DNA of 64,000 nt from Tubulanus polymorphus (lineage: Eukaryota; Animalia; Nemertea): the NCBI RefSeq assembly GCF_964204645.1, contig NC_134027.1:24018560-24082559 (forward strand). The letters run 5' to 3'. The notes beneath the pieces are model-generated. The model searched no databases. It was not told the origin of the DNA and saw nothing but the letters and a program-made list of their open reading frames with translations. Made by a program: the position numbers and the translations under genes. Positions 21,824 to 35,615 of the stretch are shown one piece after another (within the stretch, counting starts at the first letter, position 1; each line of letters starts with the position of its first letter).

Positions 21824-24800
21824 ATGGCTAAGGAAAGTCATCAGGATCTGGCAGCCGTGATCAAACAGGTTCACGCCGATCTTAGGAAATCTAATCGAAG
21901 AAGTAAGCCATTGAACTAAATTTCGGTTATTATTCAAAACGAAGCTCCGGATGCAGATTGTTGTTAAGGGTTCGTTAGCGCGAAGACGATCATGCTATTA
22001 GTATTAAGTTGAGCAAATTTAGAATTGTCATCTAATTAAAAAAAAACGATTGAAAGTCACACGTCGACGTCTGTGATATGTTTAAGCTTTGCTTATTCCT
22101 TAAGGCGAATTTATCCTGTCAAATCAGATTTGATTTTCCTAATCATAATTTGCTAGTCACGTGTAATCTAATCAAATAAGATTTGCACAACAGGATGAAT
22201 TTGACGCCTTGTTTCAAACGGCTGACAAGAAAATACTGTCCCGGTTATTGAAATATTATTTCCGTTTCAGGTTTCTCTTTCAGTTTTGACATACATGTGA
22301 GTCTACCATCTTCAAATCGTATCAAATCACCTCCGGGGGTGATTTGATGATTTGACAAATCGATATGAATTTGATGCCGTGTTAAATTGAAAAATTAGAC
22401 CAGATCTAAAATGATTATGACAAGGATAACAACGATTTTGCTTAAAATCAAATTTAATGTGACGTGATAAATTCGCCGTTAGTAATTTGTACTAACAGAC
22501 TAGAGACACGTGGGTAAACTTGATAGTCTAATTGTTCGATGAAACGTTATGTAGTGATGAGATGAGATGTAATGTGATGTCACAAAAAATATTAATTAAT
22601 TAGTAAACAATACTGAAATGTACAACTTACATTTCTTTCCCATGATATATCTGAACATCAAATTTTGAAACTTTCCCTGGGAGGCCCAGGAGGCCCATCC
22701 TGTTAAAAATGAACCCGTCCGGGGCATATTCCTTACACAACGGCCTGACTGGCTGGAAAGGCCATTCCGATGATGGCAAAAGTCTGTTCGCAAGATCATT
22801 AATGAGCCCTCCTTTCAAATTCCTGTTTACGGGCTTGCAAACTAAGGTTTGCCATCCTCGCCTCCCAGGGGTCTGGTTCGCTCCGGCGAACTCGCTTCGG
22901 GAAACGGCCTTAGTTTAGTAAGTTCGAAAACCCTTGACCGGTGAAATGCGTTGTATCGAACCGTATATATATTTTAGATCCCGGCAGCGCCGATGAAATC
23001 TGGAACGAACACGTCAAAGATGGGACTAAGTTGAAGCGTTACGCTTTGGCCATGCTGAAATTAGCGACGACGTATTGGACTAAAAACCCTCTGACACGCA
23101 TTGACTGGTGCAAGGACTATTGTAACGAATACTTCTTCGGAGATGCGCTGCGAGTTGCTTTGGAAAAGGACGCAAAAAGGAAACAGTTTCGGCAACGTCG
23201 AGATTCGCCTACTGTTCAGTCGTTTCTGGCAGGCGTCTCGCCGCATTCAGAGGACGTCGTTCCTGTATTGTACGTATAAAAAATTCATCTCCGAAGAATA
23301 ATATTCTTTAGTGGCCGATTCGGGTCACGTTGAGGAGGAAGAAATGCGTCACTCAATCTCCACCAGGAGAGAGTTACGCTTATGATCGTTATTGTGATCA
23401 TCCTCGCTTGCCTGGGGTCCGGTATCACTCCCACACTCGCTTCCACCAGCCCTCACGAAGCGTGATTTCATTACTGGCGCTGTTGCGCATGACGTCATAT
23501 ATCGATTTGTGAAATACTTCCTTGTTCGGTAAAACGTTCGCTGATTGGTCCATTTAACGGGAAAACCAACAGAAGTCTACTTTCGTTTGTTACGAGCGCT
23601 GTGATTGGTACGACCGGATTCTGGTCGGCTAGTAACGACTCCAACGACTCGTGGGGTCAAGGGGTTCGGGGAACAGCTTTAGCGTAGTGGGTTCGAATCC
23701 CTTGACGGGTGAAGATGTATTGTGATTTGCATTACGTAACGAAGGTTCTTTTGTGAAGTCAGCATCGCTAATGGAATACGTTGTATTCTTATATCATATA
23801 TTTTGCAGACATTTTACATTTACTCTGAATTCGACGTATCTCAAAAGGGACAGTGTGCATTATTAAATATTCGTTGTAAAATATATTTGCAGACAATATC
23901 CATTTACTGGTAAAGTTCGTCTGCTCGATGTCGGAAGTTGTTACAACGGGTTTCAAATATACGAGGAGTTCAGTGTGTTAGGACTCGATCTGCAGCCAGC
24001 TGAACAGGTACAGTAAACTTGGCCGGTGCCAATCTACATGATAATTTCAGTTAACACAAGTAAATGACAACAATTCCAATCACAACTTTGAAATGGTCTT
24101 CAGGTTGTTACTACGTTGATAAAAAACTGATACCTTGTTTCTCATTTCTGCTGAGTTTAATAGTTGACTCCGCGGCGGCCTTTCCTTAAAATCGTGACTA
24201 AGATAACCATAACAGTCCTGGGCAGCTATAAAAATGGACTGATTACTAAATCTACAACAGTTTTCAAAAATTACACGGCTGATTCGGAGAAACATTTTAT
24301 TTTAGCGTTAGGTCGTTGGTAGCGCATAAATTGGAGAGGCGGGCAGGTGGTAAAATGATGTGATTTTTGGAAGCGTCAATAAACTTTCAATTAAGTGTTT
24401 TGTTTTCATTTCAGACCGACGTTCTACAAGCCGACTTTCTAAAACTGAAAATTTCACCCCGCGGCGATGATTCGCGCGAAAGCGACCTCGAGTTCTCGGA
24501 ATACCTGGCGTCGTTGGGGTCGCCGGTGCTCGAGTTGCGTGCGGGCGCGTTCGACGCGGTCGTCTTCTCGCTGCTGTTAGAATACCTGCCCAGTCCGCGA
24601 CAACGACTGACCTGCTGTTTAAACGCGCGCCGTCTATTGTCGTTCAACGGACTGCTGTTGATCGTGACGCCCGATTCGAATCACGTCAACAAAAACTCGG
24701 CGATGATGAAAAGTTGGAAAACGGCGCTGGAATCGATCGGGTTCCGGCGCGAGAAATACGTCAAGTTGGAACACGTGCACGCGATGGCTTTCCGGAAGAT

Positions 24801-25011
24801 AGACGACAGAGTTTCAGTCGACGATGGAGTTGAAATATCCGACGAAGCTCTGTCGCAACTTCTGTTCATTCCTCAAGACAATAATTCGACCGCAAATGAT
24901 GACGATGACGATGAAGGCGAATGTGGAACTGAGACTGGAGAGGAAACCTATGATTTCACCCTCGACGAAGAATTGCCAGGATTTGGATTCAATGAGGATG
25001 AGAATGGATGA
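21824..25011 (+). CDS. SAMTOR: S-adenosylmethionine sensor upstream of mTORC1 (BMT2/C7orf60 family)
   Basis: Exons 21824-21902, 22978-23269, 23893-24007 and 24415-25011. Motifs HQDLAAVIKQVHADLRK, YALAMLKLATTYW, RIDWC, RLLDVGSCYN, FSLLLEYLPSPRQR and LLIVTPDSNH match the SAMTOR family. Confidence 0.93.
23671..23708 (+). repeat. tRNA-derived SINE-like fragment with B box
   Basis: aacagctttagcgtagtgggttcgaatcccttgacgggtgaagatgt; its reverse complement recurs at about 36029-36076. Confidence 0.6.
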
Positions 25012-25683
25012 GTTTAATTCGACTATATAGTTTTACTTAAGAAATAAATTTTACCATCATCAATCTACTTTTGTAAAACGTCATGTTTTTTGTTCACTGA
25101 CTTTGTTTTATTTTCGACTACTGTAAGAGAGGGGGCGGACGAAGACTAGAGCTGCCATTCATTGGACCATTGAACTTTAACCATTTAGATGAGTCATTTT
25201 AGAGCCCGTGATAGGCCACAGCTCCCAGTGTATCAACGGCTGGTCGCAACGAGGCATATTTTTCGTTCGGGCAACGGGCACTGGGTCCATCCATCCAGCG
25301 TTCGTTTCTTGATTTAACCATAGACCAATTACGCGACATTGGAAAAAATTCAGTTTTTGAATTCAACCAAACTTAATTTTTGTTTTTTACCAATTCAACT
25401 CATCCATTCCAATGGCCCCAGTTTCGTCAAAAAGTTAAACTCAAATTTGATGAAAAAAATTGAGTTTTTTATTCATTTTCTGAAATTGATTTAGGAGTAG
25501 AATCTGTTCTGTGAGACCGGGCACCTGCCATATTGATTTCCCTTATGTGGTTATTCTTTTAATTATCGGTCTGCATTAGAATTTGCAATAACTTCGTTAT
25601 TCACGAAAACTGAATCACAGTGGAGATAATAAATTATTTGAATTCAATTGTTCCGACGTTTCGTATTCGAGTTTCAATCGTAC

Positions 25684-25715
25684 TTTACCCACGTGGGTAA
25701 ACAAGATGGCGGCCT
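25684..25715 (+). promoter_or_regulatory. Palindromic E-box plus YY1-like motif at the BOP1 start
   Basis: Perfect 18-bp palindrome TTTACCCACGTGGGTAAA, followed by AAGATGGCGGC overlapping the ATG. Confidence 0.6.
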
Positions 25716-28700
25716 CCATGAAGCGAAAACACGATGTCGAAAACAATCGGCAATTATTATCGAAAGCTGTAAGTATCACCAGCTTGTTTTAGCCATAGGG
25801 AAAACTCGATCTTAAGGGGAGATAGTAATGTACCGATTAGTGATAATTTAATGTTCACTGTGAACCCAAGATCATCAGAAATTACATGAAATGTCATGTA
25901 ATAAATCGAATTGAATTGACTGCAAAACAAAATGAAAAATTCGTCTGATTCAAGAATCTTTTATCGCATTCGAATTAGTGTGGGTTAACACTAAATGACT
26001 TATCAGAGGCCATGTACTGAATTATCCGGGTCCAACTGCAGTCCAGGTCACCTTTTCACGGTGTAGTGTGCGGCTAGCATTTAGGCCTGATTACTAATTA
26101 GAGGTTAGGCCTACATAACCACTAGGGAGACCTATACATTTACTGACTAAAAAACTGCAGTCCTTGTGTCTAAAACTCCATTCCCTTTCCAATTAAATGC
26201 CTATGATAAACGGTAGTGCAGTGATTGACCAAGCAGTCCGGTTAATATTATAGGCCTAAACACAATCCGGTTACTGACAAACTACTATCACTGGCAAACA
26301 AACTGCATTCTGTTTCTGGTTACTTGAATGAACTGCTGTCCGTTATTGACAATGCAAGGGTTGCAATTGGCTTACTGTCTAAACCACAGGTTATAATCAG
26401 ACCTTGATACCGGTACCTTAGTGAGCTTAGGCCTAATTGAATGTCATATATACAATCATTTCAGGGTGACTTGTTTTTGAATGCTGCTAATGATGATGAA
26501 GACGATGAAGATTACGACGCTTCAGATGACGAATCAGATAATGATACGACCGATTCGGAGGATAGCGTTTATTCCGATTTGGAGGAAGAAGAAGATGACA
26601 GCGATGATGAACAATCCGTTGACTCTTTTGACGTATGTTGTCGATTTTTTTTTCGTGGTTTCCCAAATTAATGGGCTAAAATGGCCACTTCGCCTTGCTA
26701 AACATCAGGGGCCAGTTGCTCAAAAGTTGGTTAAAGATAACCGGCCGTTGAATACCATAGTAATTTTAATTGTCACCATTTCAACTATCCACTGGTTAAC
26801 TGTAACCAACTTTTGAGCAACCTGCCCCTGATGGTTAATTCTATTTTAGTAATAGATTGCATTCAAATTCCCATTCATCAGGCTTACTGTCTGCTACTGG
26901 AATGCCTCAATTTCTCTTCCAGACATTTAATGTTTAAAATGCTAATGGTATAAAAATTTTGCTAAATTCAGGGGTTTTGTTTTTAGCGTATTTGCTGCTG
27001 ACTCGTTGATTCTTTGAAAACTCATCAAAATTTTGAAAAGTGATATTCAACGTCTTTGAAATTAAGAAACTAAGTGGGCCGAATGTCTTGGACTTAGGGA
27101 AAGCCATGAATGAAACAAGTTGTCAATGTATTTCGGTAAATGACGATATTAAATGATTTTTCCTGGCCCACAGGAAAACTCGGGGAATTTCACAAATTTT
27201 ACCAAAAACTCGAAAAAGTCAGGGAATTCCGATAATGCTATTGACCACGTGTTTCTTTATCAGTACGTACCCGGGGGCTTACTCAATTAATTTCCAGTCA
27301 AGTTAACCCCCGGGTTAAAGATAATACCAGTCTATAAAACCGGGCCCGGGGGATTAGCAAATGGGCGGAAAATGACCGCCCTGTTTTTCTGGGACCGAAT
27401 GTCATAATCGTCGTTTTAGGAGGTGAACGACAGCGACGTCGAAGATTTCGATATGAAGAAGTTGACGATCACGTCGACACCGGCCGCAGCCGGTCGTCGA
27501 AATAAAAACGACGTAAAGCCATCGAAAACAGTAGCGGATAATGACGCTAGCGCGACGAATGGTAAAAAGGGCAAAGGCAAAGGAAAACGGTCGACAACAG
27601 AGAAGGATAAGGCAGCAACCGGCGAGGTGAAGTTGGATAATCAACCGCCGAAGAAGATGGATAATGATGTTAACGATGATAACGATGATTTGAATAAGAA
27701 TCCTGTCGTCGACGAGTATGAATTCGACACGTCAGATGAAGAGGTAAGAGTTGTTTAAACTGCGTATCTGTTGCGATTTGTTGCGCCGTCCAAGACAACT
27801 TTTCCCGTGTTACGGGCAAATTGATTTATTGCGAGGCGTTGCTGTGGTCAGCACTGAAAAACTGACGAAAATTTTAATCAACCATAGCAGATTTTAACTT
27901 GAGCTAGAAACTGTTTTACGTAGTTGAGCCTTTTTTGGTTTTTCAAAAAAATGAATATTACCGGTAAAATGAAATTCGATTCATGGTAAATGATGTCTAA
28001 ATTGGATTATCGGATTATTGGAATGGGCGTGAAGTTCGGAATTTTACCTTTCATTTTCTTGGTGCGTCCAGAAAAGTTGCTAAATCTGATTTGTTTATAG
28101 TCGGATTTTCTCTGAGTCGGACATATTTTGCTAGTCCCGAGTTATCCAACATAACGACGTTAGTATTACTGTTACGTAAATAATAAGCCGTGATGAGGCG
28201 CTGAAAACTTGTTTCAAATTCAGATGGTGTTATTTTGTTAATTTCTTTTAAGGATATACGGAACACTGTTGGTAACATACCGATGGAATGGTATCGCGAC
28301 TACGCACACATCGGATACGACGTCGAAGGCCGCAAAATCATCAAACCGAAACAAGGCGATGAACTGGACGAATTTCTCGAGAAAATGGACAACCCTAATT
28401 ACTGGTATGTATCTCAATTTAATGACATTACATTTAATATTAGTATACTGGTACGCGACATTGTGAAATAGGGCTTTATGAACCTGATGGTGCCATTAGT
28501 CTTGAAGCTGCAATCCTCCCTCACACAGATTTAAACCTGGATTTAAAGGTTTCTGTTGTTTCTTGATTCCATTTTCCCATGGTTTCAATTAATTGCCATT
28601 CATGACTCACTTTTCAAAAAAAATTCTGCCCAGCCTGGTGCTGCCATGGTTGTTTTGAATGAAGACCCTCGCAACATCTAATGGATATCAGGCAAAAGAA

Positions 28701-31700
28701 ACAACAGTGAGGTCGTACAATTACTCTAAAAAAAGAAACGCCCAAAACCTTTAAAAGGTTGACCTGATGGTATGAGGAGACTTGGCCACGTTCCTCCTAC
28801 ACAAGGATTTAAACCTGATGACATTTCGAGACTCTTCCTCTGACCGGACATGGGTTTGAATCTGGCATCGTGAGACTCGGGAGACATTGGGGATCATTCA
28901 TTTATTTCGTACGCATAAGATTTGAAATGTTCAACCCCCCCTCCCCCTCTGTATGTACGCAAAATCAGCCATTTTTTCGTATACATTAAGCATTACAGTA
29001 CGCAATTCAATGACCCCTCCCCCTCCCCTAATGCGTACGTTATAAATGAATGAACCCTTGCTCAAAATTGATTACAAAAACCATGCCTCGATAAGCCGTA
29101 TGTTCTCATTTCGGATTTTAGGAGAACGGTGAAAGATAAAATGACCGGTCAGAACGTCGTGTTGACCGACCAAGATATCGATACAATCGAACGCGTGAAA
29201 CGTGGAAAATACCCGGATCCTACTTTTAATCCTTACGAGGTTTGTGAGATTCTTGCGAATTTTCGATTTCCTGATCTGTGTAAAAACCCCGGCTCGAAGA
29301 GGAAAAAAACCTATCGATCTCTTCAACGATTTTCTGTTTTCGATTTCAGCCGTGGATCGACTTCTTCACGCATGAAACGATGATTCACCCCGTAACGAAT
29401 CAAGCCGCGCACAAACGCAGTTTCATCCCATCTCACTTGGAAAGATTACAGGTACGTAACATAGAATTTCGATTCGATGTCGGCTTGAAAAATTAGAAAA
29501 TTGGGAAACCAGTGCCAATGTGTGAAAAATTTGAGGAAATTTCTAGATATTTTTTGAAAATAATGGATGTCTCAGGCAGGCTAAAAAGCCAATTCTTAGT
29601 ATTTGAAAAACGTGAAAATTCCAGGGATCATCAATCGGACAGATGTAAATGATGTTCAATTGCATTTCTACGAATATCTAGGTCGGTAAATACGTGCACG
29701 CGATCAAAATGGGTTGGATGAAGCCGCGCCCGCCGCCGTCGAAATCAGATGAAAACGACGAGGAAAACAGGCAGTATTACATGTTATGGAGTAACGACGA
29801 TCAGTCGGACGCTTCGAAGAGAATGATGATGCACATACCGGCGCCGAAAATGAAATTGCCGGGCCACGCCGAGAGTTATAATCCTCCCCCGGAATATCTA
29901 TTCACAGAAGAGGAGGTCAGTTTATATTACTACATGAATGAATGCCTTAAATCTGTTGAGTCATCTTTAGTGATGATTCGATGTGTTGCTGAAAATGAAA
30001 TAACCGGTATCGGGAATTGTGATTTCACTATCGCTATTGTAAATGGTCGCACTTTGATCTGGAGCAAGGGTTTTTGTTTTTTCTGAGGCTCACAACGCCA
30101 TCAGGGGTCAGTTGCACAGTTGTGACTTAAGTCCAAATGTAGTCTTAAATCTTAAGACTGGTCTTATATTGTTAGATTGGCTATAGAACTAAGTTGGTCT
30201 TAGACTGGTCTTAAGTCTTAAGCCATGACTATGCAACCGGCCCCAGGTTCAAATTCTTGCGAGGGATGAAAAGTGGCTGTCGCGGGTCATCGTGAAAGAG
30301 GAGTTTGGCTCATGATGCCATCAGGTTTAAATCCCTGCGAGGGAAGAATGTGGCAGTCTTATGATGCCATCCGGTTTAAATCCCAGTTAGGAATGCAGCA
30401 GAGTTTCGCAATGTAATCAGGTTAAAATCTCTGCGAGGAAGGAATGTGGCAGTCTGTCTTATGATGCCATCCGGTTTAAATCCTTGTGAGAAATGCGGCA
30501 GAGTTTCGCAATGTTATCAGGTTAAAATCTGCGAGAGAGGGATGAAGAAGTCAAATGATGCCATCCGGTTCAAATCCCTGTTAGGAATGCAGCAGAGTTT
30601 CGCAATGTAATCAGGTTAAAATCTCTGCGAGGGAGGAATGCGGTAGTCGAATGTTGCCATCGGGTTTAAATCCCGGTAAAATCGGAATTGGCTGACAGTC
30701 TTACGTCCTTGCACCAGGCGATGAAATGTGTGTATGGCTTGACAATGTTTTACGTTTCGGCAGGAGTTGGCTTGGAAGAATCAAGAACCGGAAGATCGAA
30801 GAATGAATTTCATTCCGCGGAAGTATTCGTCGTTACGTCTGGTACCGAGCTATAAACAATTCATCACTGAACGATTCGAACGATGTTTAGATCTGTATTT
30901 GTGTCCGAGACAGAGAAGAACCCGGGTAAGTCATCTCCAGGTTTAGTTTATTAGCGAAATGTAACAACTTGAGTATTATGGTACCTTGTTTCTGCTAATG
31001 GCCGGGTCATTTTGTAAACTGCAATGAAATTTGCAACCAGTTCATTGCTATAACTGCTGAGTCTGTTATTATTAGCTTGACCATGATTTTGTACCTTGTT
31101 TAGCTAGTCCATGCTCATTTTGGTTCTATCGCCAATCTAACAACTTTAAAACCAAAGCTCATTTTCGTTCCTCGAGAGAGATTTGAGTGTCTGAAATGTT
31201 ATTCTTTTAGATGCACGTGAATCCGGATGATTTGATTCCGAAACTTCCGAAGCCGAGAGACTTACAGCCGTTCCCTACAGCTCAGGCTCTGGTCTATCGC
31301 GGACACACCGGCCTCGTACGTAGCATTTCGGTCGACCCAAGCGGACAGTGGTTAGCTTCAGGTAAGGAACAATCCCTACCACTCCTTGAATCTTTAAAAG
31401 CTCCTTCTAAACATGAAATACTTTTAAAGGTACTTGAAACTCCTTCGATTTGAGCAAAATGTCAGAAACACCTTCAATTTTGAGAAACAGGCAAACGATA
31501 CTTATGAAGTTCTAGATTAGACTACGTCTAAATCAGTACAATAGAACTAGAATTTATTTGTTACCCAATTCTATTAGGCAGTTACCAAATTAGCAGCCAA
31601 GTTTGGTTAGTGTCAAAACCACCAAATTAACAGTTTACTGAGATACACTGTATTGATTTAGGAGGAGTCGAGTGTAATTGGGATATGGCGGTAAAAGTGA

Positions 31701-34700
31701 TGCAGACGCTTCCTTGAAATATGAAATTTTAAACTCCTTGAAAAAAACCCTTATATCCAAGAATGGCTGATCTGTATGGACCATTTTTATCGAATCAACA
31801 ATATTTTGGACTGGACTTGAGCTCATATGCCTTATTCAGTTCATATGAAATAAAAAGCTTGATCAATTCATTTGAGATAATTTTCATTTGACTTCTTTTC
31901 TAGGCTCAGATGATAAGACTGTGAAATTCTGGGAGGTCGCCACCGGGCGTTGCATGCGAACGATAAAAACAGAAAATGTTGTTAAGAACATCGCGTGGAA
32001 TCCAAACCCGTCTGTTTGTTTAGTTGCATTTGTCGTGTAAGTAATTCATCTGAGTACAGAGTTGAACGATTGCTTATGAAATTGTGTTGATATTATGCCT
32101 TATTTCTGGTATGTTCACATGTGGTTTATTCTCAATGAAAAGTATCTCATGTGATTAAGTTCTGAACACATGTGAAGTGTGAAAGTTCAAAAATTGGAAA
32201 GAACACAATAAAGGATATCACATATCTGAGTGGGTGCAGATTGACAAATCAAGTTCGAATTCGATATTTTTTCTAGGGATGATAATGTAGTTATCGCGAA
32301 TCCTCGTTTGGCCGATAAATTGGTCGTATCTTCGACAGATAATATGATTAACAGTTTTAATCGCGATGAAGATGGCGAATCAAGTAAGTTCGGGTTGAAC
32401 CTAATAGCATCACAAGAGTACATTGTTGCCTGGCAGGGATTTGAACCTTCCATGAGACTGCCACATTCCTCCTATGTAAGGATTTTAATGTGGTGGTATT
32501 GCTAGACTCTGCCGCGGTCCGTCCTGGCATGGATTTGAGCCTGATGGCATCATGAGACTCTGCTTGCTACATTCCTCCATTGTTGGGATTTGTACCCGAT
32601 TGCATCATGAGACTGCCACATTCCTCCTTCACAGGGATTTGAATGTGATGGTATTGCGAGACTCTGCCACGGTCCTACCTGGCAGGGATTTGAATTTGAT
32701 GGCACCGTGAGACCACTACATTCCTACCTCCGGAATTTGGACCTTGAAAGCAGTTTCACCCTATTGCTAAAACAAATATCCGCTACAAAACATTTTATTT
32801 TCTCCAAATTAACGTTGATGCAAATGCGAATATATATTTCTTAATAGGTTTAAAAGTACCAGTTGAATGGAATATGTGTTCGCAAACAGAGCGAGACGAC
32901 GGCATGTACCTTCGTATTAAACATCCAAAGGTTTGTTCGATTTGAAAAATGCTCCTCTGCCAGAAATTTTGGCCAAGTTATTGATAGAAATTAAAGATCC
33001 GATTAATGATGATGTGATTGGCAATTATTGATAAGTTGGTATTTTGCTTTAGTTCTTTCATGAATAAAGCTGTCCTTAGGCAATAAAGAGGGAAAATACC
33101 AATAAGTACTGGTCATATGCGGATCCAGCTTACTGCCATTACCACTTTTTTCAAGACACCAAACGCCTGAGCAAATTTATTTTCGCAGTGTTTTGGATTG
33201 ACGTGCGAAAAATGTACTGTTACGTCCTCGCAAACGCTCATAATCCATCTGGAGGTGATAGAAATCGGAAATCATCTTGCGGATAACTCCCACACCCCCT
33301 CATGGTCCATTGAAAATGTCTTGAAACAGTATTCAGGATCCGCCCCTGCTGGTATAACTATTTCAGATTTTGCCTAAATGATTCTCACTGTGTATTTTGA
33401 ATTTGTCGATATGTATTTTGTAGGCTTTGAGTCAGGTGACGTGGCACGCGAAGGGCGACTATTTCTCGGTCGTGATGCCGCAGGGTGAGAAAATGTCGGT
33501 GATAATTCATCAGCTGTCGAAACGACGCTCGCAAAACCCGTTCAAGAAACTGAAGGGTCTCGTACAGAAAGTGCTGTTCCATCCGACGAAACCGTTCTTC
33601 TTCGTGGCGGTAAGTTTTATTTTCAGTTTCTACAGCTCCAGCGCCGACATTTGATTAAATGATTTCTACCAAAATTGTTCGAAAAAACACATAAATCGAT
33701 TGATTAATACTTGACCTAGAAATTATGGGTTTGAATTCTGGTGTCAGCGGTTAGTTGGTCTTTCGCGTACGGGTCTTATCAAATCATGGGTTCTAATCCT
33801 TTCTTGGTCAAAGTTTCTCTGGCCTGACTCCTATATGAGGGTGAAAATAAACTCATACCTCCTAATAATGAGTTGTACTCAGTGGGTTGAGGAGGAAAGA
33901 AACCTCAAACCTCTTGAGTGGCGCTCAGTGGCTCGATGGGATAGAGAACCCACTAATGAATAAAGTAAATAGATTAAGACTCTTTATACAATGGTGGTTA
34001 TCCATTGGTCTCTCATCCTTGGGTTTGCGTCCAGCAAGGGATAACAATTTCTTGAATCTACTGATAAAAGAACAGGTTGATGAAGTGAAGTAATTCATGA
34101 AATTAAAACCCCTTGAATATCGAAATCGTTTTATCTCCTTTCAGACGCAGCGTTTCGTGCGCGTGTACAATTTAGTCAAACAAGAACTGATGAAGAAACT
34201 GTTGACGAACTGTAAATGGGTGTCGAGTCTAGCCGTACACCCCGGCGGCGACAACGTCATCATCGGCAGCTACGACTGCCGATTGAGCTGGTTCGATTTG
34301 GATCTGTCGACGAAACCGTATCAGACGCTGCGACATCACAAGAAAGCTATTCGCCAGGTCACGTACCACAGTAGATACCCGTTGTTCGCGTCGGCGTCCG
34401 ACGATGGCACGGTCATCGTCTGCCATGGCATGGTTTACAAGTAAGTTGTCCTTTTACGCCTATTTAACTGTCTGGCTTGAATCCGTTGTTCAATGATTGT
34501 TTTACATATGCTACAAGCCTGTATATGTTTTGGCTGCAGAAATGCTTATTTGATTTGTCTAGTTTGTACAGAAATATGAAAGTACTTACTCTGAGGGTCT
34601 TACCCTCCTCGTACTGAATACAGTCAACCCCCGATAACCCGCCCACATTGGTGCAGAACAATTTTGGCGGTGTAGAGAGTATGGCGGTATATCGGGAGTG

Positions 34701-35615
34701 TTATACTGCGTATTTGTATATAGATGTACATTGAGAAAACCTGGCGGTAGGCAGGGGGACGGTAAATCGGGTTGACATTGTAGTTTAAACAGAAGCATGG
34801 AAGGTGTCACTATAGCCGCGATCACACGGAGAAGATTTGGTCGGGGCCAAATTGAGCTGCAAATTTGGCCCTTGCCTAATTAGAGAATGCGTTCACACGC
34901 AAACCATTCACTTGATACTCAACAATGCTCAAACAAAGCGAAGTGGATCATTTCCGGTGCCAGTTGCAATTCAAACGCAGTCATTTGTCTCGTGCTAAAA
35001 TTAGGCTCGGGCCTGGTCCGATGTTTTTGGTCGGGCCAAATTTGGCCAAACAGGCTCGGGCCCATTTGGCATCCGTGTGAACAAGTGTTCCGGGCCAAAA
35101 ATGCTCGTGTGATCGCGGCTTATGAGAGTTGTTACTGAGGGCCTTGATAACTCATCAATTTATACAGACATATGAAAGGTGTTACTGGAGGGTCAAACTT
35201 CCATCGTTTACTGATTTATTTGAACAGAAATGTGAAATGTGTTACTGAGGGTCTGACCCACATTAATTCAAACTGATTAACTGTATTCTAATTCATTTGA
35301 AATGATTACTGATCAGAGTTCGTAGTAAAGATCGGTCTTTGTTAGTTTTGCTTGAGGTTATGGTCATATCAAGGCTTGATTTAGTACTGTACAGGCTAGA
35401 AAAGGGGTTCATTACTTTGGCTACCGGAGTCTCATTTTACTTTCTCGATTAATTTTTCCAGTGATTTACTGCAGAACCCGTTGATCGTACCGGTGAAAAT
35501 ACTGCGCGGCCACGAACCGACGAAAGATTTAGGAGTTTTAGATTGTCAGTTTCACCCGACTCAACCGTGGCTGTTCTCGAGCGGATCCGATTCTACTATC
35601 AGGCTATTCACGTAG
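25706..35615 (+). CDS. BOP1: Ribosome biogenesis protein BOP1 (PeBoW complex, WD40)
   Basis: 15 exons: 25706-25768, 26465-26632, 27420-27743, 28253-28404, 29122-29239, 29350-29451, 29682-29915, 30764-30925, 31211-31361, 31904-32036, 32277-32383, 32848-32930, 33424-33609, 34145-34440, 35462-35615. Diagnostic motifs [56 protein letters not shown] and [12 protein letters not shown]. Confidence 0.96.
28891..29057. mobile_element. Short MITE-like inverted-repeat element in a BOP1 intron
   Basis: ggatcattcattt...cgtacgcat / atgcgtacg...aaatgaatgaacc terminal inverted repeats. Confidence 0.6.
30104..30245. mobile_element. MITE (ggggtcagttgcaca...tgcaaccggcccc)
   Basis: TIR-bounded; related copies at about 46095-46222 and partial ones at 48440-48542 and 49870-50095. 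Confidence 0.8.
30246..30680 (+). repeat. About 50-bp tandem repeat with B-box-like core (tgatgccatc(a/c)ggtttaaatccc)
   Basis: About 8 degenerate units; the same family occurs in reverse orientation at about 32425-32745 and scattered at 28480-28880. Confidence 0.8.
32425..32745 (-). repeat. Reverse-oriented array of the same 50-bp repeat
   Basis: Repeated gggatttga...tgatggcatcatgagactgccacattcctcc units. Confidence 0.75.
34815..35119. mobile_element. MITE with gccgcgatcacacg TIRs
   Basis: gccgcgatcacacg ... cgtgtgatcgcggc; a right-end fragment recurs at about 51575-51630. Confidence 0.75.

Noticed and set aside
23671-23708. tRNA gene candidates at GGTTCGAATCC motifs (also 3159, 18255, 36050)
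   Set aside because: Only the T arm is present; no acceptor, D or anticodon arms, so SINE-like fragments.
25650-25680. Hammerhead 3' half (CGAAACGTC on the minus strand) upstream of BOP1
   Set aside because: No CUGANGA partner at a suitable distance.
30246-30680. Repeat arrays resembling CRISPR (also 17660-17815 and 61690-61975)
   Set aside because: Eukaryotic intronic or intergenic context, degenerate whole-unit repeats without unique spacers, and no cas genes.
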